Source of the DNA: a virus
Lineage: Duplodnaviria > Caudoviricetes
Virus record (IMG/VR): IMGVR_UViG_3300011338_000870
Span: 1 to 39,999 of that record
DNA: 39,999 bases
Reading direction: 5' to 3' (one strand)
The notes under the pieces were generated by a model. It was not told the DNA's origin, searched no databases, and saw only the letters and a list, made by a program, of their open reading frames with translations. Positions 20,610-28,582 of this stretch are shown here, in pieces. A program made the translations under genes and the position numbers. Position 1 is the first letter of the stretch. Every line of letters begins with the position of its first letter.

Positions 20610-20978
20610 ATGAAAATGGATATGGAAGACGAAGGTAAGCTAGGAAGAGTTAAAAAGTTAATGGAAATGATGAAAGCCATGCACGCAAGTGAAGACGGCG
20701 AAGAAGCTGGCAGCCCTCAATTAGGGAACGGAAGCAATCCTTTCGCTGGAGCTGAAGACGATGACATGAAGCTTTTAAAGCAAAAGATGATGGAAGACGA
20801 AAGTATGGAAGGCTCAGAAGGAGACGAAGAAAATGAATCCCCTGAATATCAAGCGTTAGAAGATAAAATGGGAACTGAAAAGCATGAAGGCCCTACTCAT
20901 CTGTTTGGCAAAAAGCCTCATGAAGGTTTAAAAATCATGATTGCCTTAGCTAATGCTCGCAAAGGTAACAGAGCTTAA
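20610..20978 (+). CDS. Acidic, Met/Glu-rich disordered protein
   Basis: AAGGA RBS; low-complexity acidic composition. Confidence 0.65.
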   Translation: MKMDMEDEGKLGRVKKLMEMMKAMHASEDGEEAGSPQLGNGSNPFAGAEDDDMKLLKQKMMEDESMEGSEGDEENESPEYQALEDKMGTEKHEGPTHLFGKKPHEGLKIMIALANARKGNRA

Positions 20979-21335
20979 ATGAGTGCTTTACTACAACAAC
21001 AATTTGCATTTTCCAGACTTCTGCCTAGGCTAATTGACGAAGCTCATCGCCTAGGCTTTGAAGTACAGTTTGGCGAGCTATGGCGCACTCCTGAGCAAGC
21101 AAGATGGAACGCGGCTCATGGTCTAGGAATTGTGAACTCTAATCACTGTAACCGTATAGCGGTTGATTTGAACCTATGGAAAGACGGGCATCTATCTGGT
21201 GACATAGATGATTATAGACCGCTTGCTGAATTCTGGAAGAGCTTGTCTAGGACAGAGGCAATTTGTGTCGCAGGAGTAGATTTTAAAAAGCCTGATATCT
21301 TTCATTTTAGTTTATTTTTTAATGGCATTAAATAA
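20979..21335 (+). CDS. Endolysin, M15 family zinc peptidase
   Basis: R(TPEQ)...SNH-x6-D...D..HF catalytic pattern. Confidence 0.9.
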   Translation: MSALLQQQFAFSRLLPRLIDEAHRLGFEVQFGELWRTPEQARWNAAHGLGIVNSNHCNRIAVDLNLWKDGHLSGDIDDYRPLAEFWKSLSRTEAICVAGVDFKKPDIFHFSLFFNGIK

Positions 21336-21380
21336 ACAAAGCCCTTACAATTATAGAAACAACAATTAGGGGGATGGGAT

Positions 21381-21587
21381 ATGTTAAAATCAGGGTTTAA
21401 AACTTCTGAATTTTTACTTACAATTTTATCTTTAGTTTATACTAACGTAACTAGCATTGCAGGTTTTCTTGATCCAAAAATTGCTGCCGTTTTCACTGCT
21501 ATTGTTAGCGGCGCTTATGTGATTTCAAGAGGAATTGCAAAGCAATCTGACGCTGCGTTATCTGATCCTCAAATGGATTCTAAATGA
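21381..21587 (+). CDS. Holin
   Basis: 68 aa, two TM segments, G.KTSEF and Y.ISRG.AK motifs; next to endolysin. Confidence 0.75.
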   Translation: MLKSGFKTSEFLLTILSLVYTNVTSIAGFLDPKIAAVFTAIVSGAYVISRGIAKQSDAALSDPQMDSK

Positions 21588-21817
21588 ACAAAATTTGGCC
21601 CTTTGTAAAGTTCTGTCTTTATAGCTTTGCTTATCTTTTTGGACACAGAAATGCTGTAATTGAGATGGAAGCTAAATCAAATAAGTCAGCATTAGATGAG
21701 GCCACAACTGTTTTAGATAAAAGAGAAAAGGTGAGGGCTAAATATGACAAGATACGTAATTCTATTCCTAATAGTTGGCCTGATAAGTTGCGGAAGACAA
21801 ATAAAGATTCAAAGTAA
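21584..21817 (+). CDS. i-spanin (Rz-like)
   Basis: N-terminal hydrophobic segment plus coiled coil; overlapped by a lipoprotein gene. Confidence 0.65.
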   Translation: MNKIWPFVKFCLYSFAYLFGHRNAVIEMEAKSNKSALDEATTVLDKREKVRAKYDKIRNSIPNSWPDKLRKTNKDSK

Positions 21818-21956
21818 CCCACTAGCAGCTCCACAATGCGCTGCAAGCGTGCAAAAGTTTAAAGACATGCTTTCGGAGTCTCAGCCTACCTTGGTAGAGC
21901 CTACCCCTTGGGAGCTTGTAGATTTGGTTGAATGTTTGGAATTATTATCTAATTGA
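21744..21956 (+). CDS. o-spanin (Rz1-like) lipoprotein
   Basis: Signal peptide with LISC lipobox; starts inside the i-spanin gene with GAGGG RBS. Confidence 0.7.
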   Translation: MTRYVILFLIVGLISCGRQIKIQSNPLAAPQCAASVQKFKDMLSESQPTLVEPTPWELVDLVECLELLSN

Positions 21957-22138
21957 TCTTCCATGGGTCTACATCTTTTTTCTCTAGCTCTTCTATTATG
22001 CCCTGATTTAATCTCTCCATAAAAAGGAGTTGGGTTATATTTCCCACCTAAGTGTTCAGCACAGTAATATTTATCGTTTACTTTATTGTAAGCAGGTCTT
22101 GGACAAGTTTGAGTTCTTTCGCAATTCATTGGTAGCAT
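21881..22138 (-). CDS. Hypothetical Cys/His protein
   Basis: C-x4-C...YCAEH motif; overlaps the o-spanin end convergently and lies beyond a terminator, so uncertain. Confidence 0.4.
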   Translation of the reverse strand: MLPMNCERTQTCPRPAYNKVNDKYYCAEHLGGKYNPTPFYGEIKSGHNRRAREKRCRPMEDQLDNNSKHSTKSTSSQGVGSTKVG

Positions 22139-22145
22139 AACATTT

Positions 22146-22222
22146 AAAACAAAACCCTGAGCCAGTAGAAAGGGTTAGTAACGCCCAGCCCAGGGTATGC
22201 TTTTTACCCTCTTTAAGGTAAA
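22146..22222 (-). ncRNA. Candidate ~75-nt small RNA / intrinsic terminator with anti-RBS loop
   Basis: Minus strand: TATAAT at 22229-22234, hairpin TTTACCTT/AGGGTAAA, then stem ACCCTGGGC/GCTCAGGGT (22154-22196) plus TTTGTTTT; loop carries CTAACCCTTTCTA. Confidence 0.6.
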
Positions 22223-22225
22223 TCT

Positions 22226-22549
22226 TTAATTATATTCATTTTTAAAGCTGATTAAAGCACCTTCGGGTAAAATGCCCGCTTGTACTATTTCACATTCTGA
22301 CAGGCGCTTCTCTAGGATAAATACTTCTGAATTATTCCACAAGCCTAAAGAGTCAGAAATTGAATCTAAAAACCCTTTTTTTTGAACTGTAGAGACAGTT
22401 TCCAAGATAGTAAAAGCAAGCATAGAAGCTTGTTTAGCATTTTCAGAAGAATATTTTATTAATGCTTTTAGTCTTTCTAGAAACAAATCTAAATCATCGG
22501 AATCTTTAATTAGCAAATCTGAAAAGAATTCTTGCTTAGAACATGACAT
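22226..22549 (-). CDS. Hypothetical protein
   Basis: ORF with GAAAGGGTTA RBS motif. Confidence 0.7.
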   Translation of the reverse strand: MSCSKQEFFSDLLIKDSDDLDLFLERLKALIKYSSENAKQASMLAFTILETVSTVQKKGFLDSISDSLGLWNNSEVFILEKRLSECEIVQAGILPEGALISFKNEYN

Positions 22550-22559
22550 GTTAACCCTT

Positions 22560-22844
22560 TCATTTTTTTACAAACATAAATACTATTTGTACAAGTATGC
22601 CTATCAGACCAATTATAATTGAAAAGTAAAGTTTGTTTACTTTAGCAAGTAAGCTTTCTCTCCAATTATATGACTCCTTAAGAGTCATTTTGTTTTCATC
22701 TTTGAGATTATCAATCTCTTTAAGTATTTTATCAAAACTAGCATCCCAGCGCTCTGAATGAGAATCAAAACGTTCTTCTAGAATATTGATCTTTGCATCA
22801 TGCTCAATAGTCATATGGATAAAACTCTTTTCTGTTGGGGGCAT
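22560..22844 (-). CDS. Coiled-coil protein with C-terminal TM helix
   Basis: Heptad-like N-terminal part and LYFSIIIGLIGILVQIVFMFV tail. Confidence 0.65.
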   Translation of the reverse strand: MPPTEKSFIHMTIEHDAKINILEERFDSHSERWDASFDKILKEIDNLKDENKMTLKESYNWRESLLAKVNKLYFSIIIGLIGILVQIVFMFVKK

Positions 22845-22889
22845 ACAATAATAATATCATATGCTTATACATCAAACAAATAAGAATAG

Positions 22890-22952
22890 TTACTTTTTAA
22901 AAAAAGTTAGAATGGTTTTAGCAAGAATAACTAACAATACTTTAAAGTCCAT
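22890..22952 (-). CDS. Possible 20-aa amphipathic peptide
   Basis: MDFKVLLVILAKTILTFFKK; ATG immediately follows the stop of the upstream ORF. Confidence 0.35.
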   Translation of the reverse strand: MDFKVLLVILAKTILTFFKK

Positions 22953-23129
22953 TTAAGGATCGCTAGAAACTTTAGGCATATTTTTAAGCATCATTGCATG
23001 AGCATCTAAATGAAGCTGATGAAGATCTTTTCTAGGCCCTCTTTTCTTACCTTTAGGCCAGCCTTTTTTATTTGAGACAAATTCTAATTTTATATCTTTT
23101 CTATTTTTACTTCCTTTTGTTCTAGCCAT
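22953..23129 (-). CDS. 58-aa basic protein with AT-hook-like motifs (not in the ORF track)
   Basis: MARTKGSKNRK...KKGWPKGKKRGPRK...; perfect TAGAAAGGGTTAGA RBS. Confidence 0.75.
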   Translation of the reverse strand: MARTKGSKNRKDIKLEFVSNKKGWPKGKKRGPRKDLHQLHLDAHAMMLKNMPKVSSDP

Positions 23130-23141
23130 ATCTAACCCTTT

Positions 23142-24338
23142 CTAGGTTTGAGTGTTTGTCGCATAATGCGAAAATACTTTAAAATAATCTAATGTCTTTA
23201 AATTGAATGTAGAAGGTTTTGCTTTGGAGGAGAGTTCTTCCCAGAGGGCTATAAATCTAGGAATGATTACAGCCCAATCAAAATGCTTAATCTGGAGTAA
23301 GCATTGGATAGCCATGTTCTCTCTAATTTCTTTGTTTTCAATTAACCATAAAGTTTTATTTATAAACTCTTCTTTATCCACTTCTACACATGCTGAAAAT
23401 TGCATTTGATTTATTCCATCATATTGAAAAGGTAAAATCTCTCCCTTAGGCTTAAGAGTAGTAGGAATAAGAAAACCAGTGACACCCTCTTGAACAATAT
23501 CCCGATATCCACTCCAATCATAAGCAACGATGGGCAGCCCTGAAGCCATAGCTTCAAGTAAGGAAAGCCCAAATGTTTCTTGAGTGTTATTAGAAGGAGC
23601 TAGGAAGATATCTGCTTCGCTTAGAAGCTCTCTTTTTCTTTCTTCTGAAATATTAATTTCTATTTTAACATAAATATTTAATTCTTTAGCTTTTTCCTGA
23701 ACATGACCAGAGTATCGTACGTAACCAGTAGAATCCGCACCAGCTAGTGTAAGGTGTATTTTTTTTGTTGTTAGTTTAGAAATCTCTTTCACCATCTCTA
23801 AAAGAGGAAATAAATCTACCTTCGTATATTTACAAAATCTTCCTAAGTAGAGAAGTCGAATCACATCATCTTTTTTAGGCGCTTTAAAGTAAGAGCTAGA
23901 GTCTATGCCTAGGGGGATGATGGGAAGGATTATAGATTCGCTCATAGAATGGCTTGAAAGCATCTTTCTAACAGCTTTTTGAGCAGCATTACTTGTGCAA
24001 ATCAACGTATCTGATTCGGTAATCCCTGCAATCATATTCATGTACATCCACTCCATAAATGGAGCATGCCCAAGTGTGTGCGTAATACCAGTCACAGCCA
24101 TTGGCTTAGGGTTATAAGCCTTTAAAGAGAGTGCCCTATACATGTCTGGCCCTGGATAATGAAGAACATCTATAGGATTCTCTTTTAGAAAAGTAGGGAT
24201 ATCCACCAGACTAGGGTCTAGAATAGAGACCCTATGCTCTCCAGCATATTTCACTAAAGCATCTAAAAAGGTCTTATTGGCTATATGCCTACCCATCAGC
24301 TTTAGCGGTTCTTTGTATATTAATACTCCGATGTGCAT
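23142..24338 (-). CDS. Glycosyltransferase, GT4 family (GT-B fold)
   Basis: LYLGR, ETFGLSLLEAMASGLPIV (E-x7-E), G..DIV..GVTGFL motifs. Confidence 0.93.
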   Translation of the reverse strand: MHIGVLIYKEPLKLMGRHIANKTFLDALVKYAGEHRVSILDPSLVDIPTFLKENPIDVLHYPGPDMYRALSLKAYNPKPMAVTGITHTLGHAPFMEWMYMNMIAGITESDTLICTSNAAQKAVRKMLSSHSMSESIILPIIPLGIDSSSYFKAPKKDDVIRLLYLGRFCKYTKVDLFPLLEMVKEISKLTTKKIHLTLAGADSTGYVRYSGHVQEKAKELNIYVKIEINISEERKRELLSEADIFLAPSNNTQETFGLSLLEAMASGLPIVAYDWSGYRDIVQEGVTGFLIPTTLKPKGEILPFQYDGINQMQFSACVEVDKEEFINKTLWLIENKEIRENMAIQCLLQIKHFDWAVIIPRFIALWEELSSKAKPSTFNLKTLDYFKVFSHYATNTQT

Positions 24339-24431
24339 ATTCTCCCCTAGAGCGTAAATCAGGCAATCCCTGATAGCTTAAGTTTTAACAGTTTAATAAG
24401 AAGAGAGTCCTTATTTATCCCCTCCCCCTAA

Positions 24432-24462
24432 AGCCCTGGATTAGTCCGGGGCTCTTTTCTTC
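24432..24462. terminator. Intrinsic terminator-like hairpin
   Basis: AGCCCTGGA-TTAG-TCCGGGGCT followed by CTTTTCTT on the + strand and TT on the - strand. Confidence 0.65.
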
Positions 24463-24716
24463 TACCTACTAAATAATCTATTGAGAGGTCTTGCTGTGCA
24501 AACAGCAATCCCAACTCCCGGACTAACGACGCTACCCACTGGAGAAGCAAAATAAGCGCTTAAATGTTCATTAGCATTACAAAAAGATTCTGGAGGAGGA
24601 TAAGTAGCAGCCGGTGATTCATTACAAACTAAATGGCTTTCACCTGGCAGCAAAGCTATGCGCCCAGCAGTATCTGTAAAAAATTCGTGATACACTCTGT
24701 AATTAATACAAGTCAT
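24462..24716 (-). CDS. Hypothetical protein
   Basis: ORF with AAGGA RBS just downstream of the tRNA. Confidence 0.55.
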   Translation of the reverse strand: MTCINYRVYHEFFTDTAGRIALLPGESHLVCNESPAATYPPPESFCNANEHLSAYFASPVGSVVSPGVGIAVCTARPLNRLFSR

Positions 24717-24738
24717 TATTAGTCCTTTTTAATTGTTA

Positions 24739-24810
24739 CGGCCCCGCTTGGAATCGAACCAAGAATATCAGTTTTGGAGACTGACGTGATGCCATTTCCA
24801 CTACAGGGCC
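24739..24810 (-). tRNA. trnW: tRNA-Trp (CCA), 3' CCA not encoded
   Basis: GGCCCTG/CGGGGCC acceptor, TCAGT-CTCCAAA-ACTGA anticodon arm, CTTGG-TTCGATT-CCAAG T arm, discriminator G. Confidence 0.93.
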
Positions 24811-24818
24811 TATCCATT

Positions 24819-25004
24819 CTAGGATGTAATGTCCTCAGCCTCGGAAGGCGGAGGGCTAGAATCTTCTTTGTAACCACACCAAGCACATTGCCCAGAAGCT
24901 ACTGCTATTGAGTAGTTTTCTTTGTTGCATTTATAACAATGTACTAAATATAATTTCCCTTGCTCATCTCTAAAGTTAGGTTGCATATCTTGTATATTAT
25001 CCAT
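24819..25004 (-). CDS. Small zinc-ribbon protein
   Basis: CYKC...CAWCG. Confidence 0.7.
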   Translation of the reverse strand: MDNIQDMQPNFRDEQGKLYLVHCYKCNKENYSIAVASGQCAWCGYKEDSSPPPSEAEDITS

Positions 25005-25403
25005 TTAAACCTCTTTATTTTCTTCTAATACTTGTAAGATTTTCTTTAAAACTTCTTTAGCCTTCTCTTTGGTGCGGAAGACACGGTTTTGTTCTAGAAG
25101 CCTTTGATCAGGTTCAAAGTTCCACCAATTTGTTGAAGTAACCTGAAGCATAAAATCACTAGACATTATTGTGTAATATTCTTCCCCCTCTTCAGGCAAC
25201 CAACGATCGGGGAGAGGTTCAAAGCAATCAGGGTAGTCTATAATTTGAAAGCCCATATATGAAAAGCCTGAGTCAGTTATAATTTGATCTTTCTTAAATC
25301 CCGGACAATCAATCTTACATCTATACTTTTTCATTGGTTTGCTTTCTGGTTTTATAGAATTTATTTTATAAAGTTCAGTAATAAATTGAGAGCCAAATAT
25401 CAT
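25005..25403 (-). CDS. Hypothetical phage protein
   Basis: W.PEEGEEYY...N.FRTKE.A pattern common in phage hypotheticals. Confidence 0.7.
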   Translation of the reverse strand: MIFGSQFITELYKINSIKPESKPMKKYRCKIDCPGFKKDQIITDSGFSYMGFQIIDYPDCFEPLPDRWLPEEGEEYYTIMSSDFMLQVTSTNWWNFEPDQRLLEQNRVFRTKEKAKEVLKKILQVLEENKEV

Positions 25404-25549
25404 TTCCTCACCCCATTACACGCCATCAGATTGTTTTCGAGCATGGCGATTTTGTTTCCATACGTTAGCTTTCCTTGCCAAAATCCCAAAGCAAAGCCTA
25501 TAAATAAGCAAATCGACATAGCGCAAAATAATATTGTATCTGCCTTCAT
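25400..25549 (-). CDS. 49-aa membrane protein (not in the ORF track)
   Basis: MKADTILFCAMSICLFIGFALGFWQGK...; ATGA overlaps on both sides. Confidence 0.65.
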   Translation of the reverse strand: MKADTILFCAMSICLFIGFALGFWQGKLTYGNKIAMLENNLMACNGVRK

Positions 25550-25758
25550 TCCCCATCCCCTTCATTCAAGATTTTATCGATTCTCTTAAGATGAGCTGAA
25601 TAAGAAACCCATACTGTACTAGAGTTTTTAAGATTTATAAAAGCTTGTAGTTCTCTATTAATTTTAATAAGTTTATCTTTCTCTTCAGAACATTGAGAGT
25701 TAGAAAAGCAAAATTTTTTCTTCTCAATCTCATCCAAAAATTCATCGAGTGTTTTCAT
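25546..25758 (-). CDS. Hypothetical protein
   Basis: Coupled ORF (ATGA overlaps). Confidence 0.65.
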   Translation of the reverse strand: MKTLDEFLDEIEKKKFCFSNSQCSEEKDKLIKINRELQAFINLKNSSTVWVSYSAHLKRIDKILNEGDGE

Positions 25759-26123
25759 TTCTCCCCTATCCCCTCATCTGCTGCTTTAATTAAGGCGTCT
25801 GCGAGAGAAAGAGCAGTTTCCGAAACAATTAAAGCTGTGTCTACAGTGTGTTTTTTAGAGGCCATATCTATATTATACATCAACTGATGATTTGAAATTA
25901 TACCATTCATAGCTGCCTTAGCAAACTCATCCCTCCTCGCCTTCTGAATCATCTCATCGAGCCATGGAGTGCCGGATTCAGGGACTTTGAGGTGAATGGC
26001 TGCGTATTCTTGTAGTCGCATCCCTTCCCATTCTTGCATGGTTACAGAGCCATCTATTCTTTCATGTCTGAAAGTTACTGGGAAAGCAGGTTCTGCTTTT
26101 ATATCTTTTGATTCATTCGACAT
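25755..26123 (-). CDS. Hypothetical phage protein (PAFP...GM.L..Y.A family)
   Basis: Motifs PAFP, GMRLQEYAA, RDEFAKAAM, ADALI; start re-assigned to ATG 26123. Confidence 0.7.
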   Translation of the reverse strand: MSNESKDIKAEPAFPVTFRHERIDGSVTMQEWEGMRLQEYAAIHLKVPESGTPWLDEMIQKARRDEFAKAAMNGIISNHQLMYNIDMASKKHTVDTALIVSETALSLADALIKAADEGIGEK

Positions 26124-26125
26124 GG

Positions 26126-26278
26126 TTATTCCTTCCTCTCCCATACTTTGCCGCAGGAGCATTCTTTTTTATACGCACCTTTACCATCACCTTTATGATA
26201 TTCCGTTTTATACGGATGCCCAAAGTTCAGAATTGCGCAGAGGATTTGTTTAAGTAGGATTTGTTTAAGTTTTCTCAT
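26126..26278 (-). CDS. 50-aa Cys/His protein with 5-aa duplication (not in the ORF track)
   Basis: MRKLKQILLKQILCAILNFGH...ECSCGK; AAGGGTAGA RBS. Confidence 0.6.
   Translation of the reverse strand: MRKLKQILLKQILCAILNFGHPYKTEYHKGDGKGAYKKECSCGKVWERKE
26241..26270. repeat. Perfect 15-bp tandem duplication
   Basis: AGGATTTGTTTAAGT x2. Confidence 0.9.
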
Positions 26279-26454
26279 TCTCTACCCTTAGTTTTAGTAA
26301 TTTTTGTTGTATTACAATTTAATTATTTATAAACAAGACATTCCTCTTGAATAACCGACTTATCAAAAGCAATAATATCTGGAATTAATATTGAGGGTTG
26401 ATAATGAGGTCGACTCCAATTATTATCACCACATTTTGAACATTTTTCATCCAT
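26275..26454 (-). pseudogene. Zinc-ribbon gene interrupted by in-frame TAA
   Basis: MDEKCSKCG...ECLVYK*LNCNTTKITKTKGRE*; TAA at 26323-26325; the distal stop overlaps the next ATG. Confidence 0.55.
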
Positions 26455-26511
26455 CCCTATTCTCCTTTGCTTTATGGTTGTGTTCCCAACTTCTTATTCT
26501 TTGATCAGTTG

Positions 26512-26925
26512 TTAGCCTTCCATCGCCAGCTTGATCGCCCTGCGCACCTTCTCAAAATCGCCACGCGAAAACAGACAACCTCCGAACTCATCGTCCCGGC
26601 AATACATTTCGTTGTCCAACCAGCGCAACACCTCCAGCATTTCAGGGGCAGCGGCAATCAATTTTGCGTTGGCCTCGTGTTCTTCCTTCGTAATGCTTCG
26701 CGGGTCGCCTTTTCCACAATCGAAATAGTTAACCATCGCAACATGCTTGCAGCCGGATGAAATAGCGGTTTTCACGTTCACATCTTCAATCCGCCATGGT
26801 GCATTGCTGTGTACCGGGTAATCTTTACCACTGTAGGGTGTTTTCCCGTCCGTTATAATTGTTGGCGCTTCACTGTCTTTGCAAACTGTTCCACGGTAAG
26901 TGTTCCCGTCTCCATAACTATTCAT
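26512..26925 (-). CDS. Hypothetical phage protein (ANAKLIAAAPE family)
   Basis: APW...EANAKLIAAAPEML motif. Confidence 0.75.
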   Translation of the reverse strand: MNSYGDGNTYRGTVCKDSEAPTIITDGKTPYSGKDYPVHSNAPWRIEDVNVKTAISSGCKHVAMVNYFDCGKGDPRSITKEEHEANAKLIAAAPEMLEVLRWLDNEMYCRDDEFGGCLFSRGDFEKVRRAIKLAMEG

Positions 26926-27136
26926 TATGTACCTCCACTTCCTCTGCCATAATCTTCAGAAACTCTTCAAAGTTATATGCCACCTTATAATTTTCACCAT
27001 CCCTCGTGGTTATGTGCAGCGTATGATTTGATCCACACGCCACAGCCACAGAAACGATATGGTCTATACGCATACAAATTGAGTGCGTTTCGGTGTAGAT
27101 CATTACAAACCCTTTTGGGATCTTCGGCTCACTCAT
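26918..27136 (-). CDS. Hypothetical protein
   Basis: Coupled ORF with GGAGG RBS. Confidence 0.7.
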   Translation of the reverse strand: MSEPKIPKGFVMIYTETHSICMRIDHIVSVAVACGSNHTLHITTRDGENYKVAYNFEEFLKIMAEEVEVHNE

Positions 27137-27564
27137 AAACCCTCCTTATCAAGCCCATCCTGCACAAATTTAATAATCGCCTCTTCCGCCTTCTTGTCCC
27201 GGTCAATATAAAAACGGTACAGCAATTCTTCTGCTTTCAATGCCCGCTGGTACATATCCTCAGCGTGGGCTTTTGCGTGTGCTGCCGAACGATCCGCATC
27301 GATAAACTTTCCCAGCGGTTTCCATTCCATAGGCATTTTTGAAAACGGGTTCCATGCGTGCGGCTTCCATTGCAGTGTCCCGCCACATTGCGAGCACATC
27401 ACACAGGGGTCAATCACAACCTTTCCGTCCTCGTCTACGATTGCGATCTGGTAAACCCATCGGCCATTGTTGGCTTTCGTGCGTATTACAATTTCATCTC
27501 CTGTGTATTTCGCCAACGGGAAACGAGCATCGTCAATGCTTATCCATCCGTTTTTATCTGACAT
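27133..27564 (-). CDS. Hypothetical phage protein (DUF551-like WIS start)
   Basis: GWISIDDA.FP...HAW.P pattern; GGAGG RBS. Confidence 0.65.
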   Translation of the reverse strand: MSDKNGWISIDDARFPLAKYTGDEIVIRTKANNGRWVYQIAIVDEDGKVVIDPCVMCSQCGGTLQWKPHAWNPFSKMPMEWKPLGKFIDADRSAAHAKAHAEDMYQRALKAEELLYRFYIDRDKKAEEAIIKFVQDGLDKEGL

Positions 27565-27746
27565 AAATCCTCCAAAAATAGGCTAACAAGTCGTTTCACT
27601 CGGACTGGCCAAAAGCGGCCAGCCGGTGAACTCAGTCGATCTATCCACATTTCGTCTTTATCTGGATTCAAAGAAAGCCATACCTTCTTCTTTTCCTGAT
27701 AATTACGAAACCACCTATTTCTTTTTCTTTGTCGTCCTGTTTTCAT
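27540..27746 (-). CDS. Hypothetical basic protein
   Basis: Coupled ORF. Confidence 0.55.
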   Translation of the reverse strand: MKTGRQRKRNRWFRNYQEKKKVWLSLNPDKDEMWIDRLSSPAGRFWPVRVKRLVSLFLEDLCQIKTDG

Positions 27747-27943
27747 TTAGACCATTCGTTCCATAAGCTAATCATATACTCCGCGATTTCTTTGCGTTCT
27801 TCTGGGGTGACTTTATATTCATCAACTTCTCTTCCATCTTCTACGTAAATAGTTTCTTTGTTCCAACCAGGATGAATAAAACCAATACAAGAATCAAAAA
27901 CCCTTCCACTATCTAATACATATTTTATTTCATCATACTTCAT
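27743..27943 (-). CDS. Hypothetical protein
   Basis: Coupled ORF with GAGG RBS. Confidence 0.7.
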   Translation of the reverse strand: MKYDEIKYVLDSGRVFDSCIGFIHPGWNKETIYVEDGREVDEYKVTPEERKEIAEYMISLWNEWSK

Positions 27944-28313
27944 CTGAACCTCTTTTAGATTTTAAGATATTTTTGAGCATTTCATTTTCTCTTAAAATTA
28001 TACTGATTTTTTTCACGTCTGGTTCTTTTACTTCTACGGATTCAAGCGCATTGTCTATATTTGGATGAGCTCTTAAGCCTTCTGTGAAGACTGTGCTTTC
28101 ATAATAATTTATTTTAGAAAAAGCTGAATCAATAATATTGTTTTGAGAATTAATTTGAGACTCTAATTCACGAATAGTTTTCACCAAAGCAGCAACTCTT
28201 TCTGGGCATCTAGCAATAAAATCCCAATCTCTACTATTAAGAGGAGCTCCACTTACCCAATGAATCTGCTTTAACTCTTCTTCTATTTTGTCTATGTCTA
28301 GTGGTTCGGTCAT
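27933..28313 (-). CDS. Hypothetical phage protein (Ea22-like FIA..P..V.AL motif)
   Basis: DWDFIARCPERVAALV; GGAGG RBS. Confidence 0.65.
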   Translation of the reverse strand: MTEPLDIDKIEEELKQIHWVSGAPLNSRDWDFIARCPERVAALVKTIRELESQINSQNNIIDSAFSKINYYESTVFTEGLRAHPNIDNALESVEVKEPDVKKISIILRENEMLKNILKSKRGSDEV

Positions 28314-28570
28314 TCTGCCTCCGCTGCTTTGATTGCTTGTTCTAAAATAGAATAAGGTTCATCTCCTAATATTTCAGGAATAGAGTTATAGCTTAAAGCT
28401 TTTAAAGCTTCTTTACACGCTTCTAAGAGTGGATAAAAATGACTCGCTTGCTTGCAGAATATAGAAGCATCTCTAAAGTCTTCAATAAGTTCTTTATCTT
28501 TAAAGAACTGAAGAAATTCTCCACAGGGATGCGCTCTAAATTTATAAATATGTTTCTTTTCTTGCGTCAT
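28310..28570 (-). CDS. Hypothetical phage protein
   Basis: LLEACK...AIKAAE motif; AAGGAG RBS. Confidence 0.7.
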   Translation of the reverse strand: MTQEKKHIYKFRAHPCGEFLQFFKDKELIEDFRDASIFCKQASHFYPLLEACKEALKALSYNSIPEILGDEPYSILEQAIKAAEAE

Positions 28571-28582
28571 AAATTCTCCTTA

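Noticed and set aside
1897-21846. Short minus-strand and alternative-frame ORFs inside structural genes (e.g. 1897-2097, 6473-6694, 8100-8369, 11202-11474, 13414-13608, 14610-14810, 20013-20258)
   Set aside because: Shadow ORFs with no RBS or recognisable motif, unlike the nested gene at 18129
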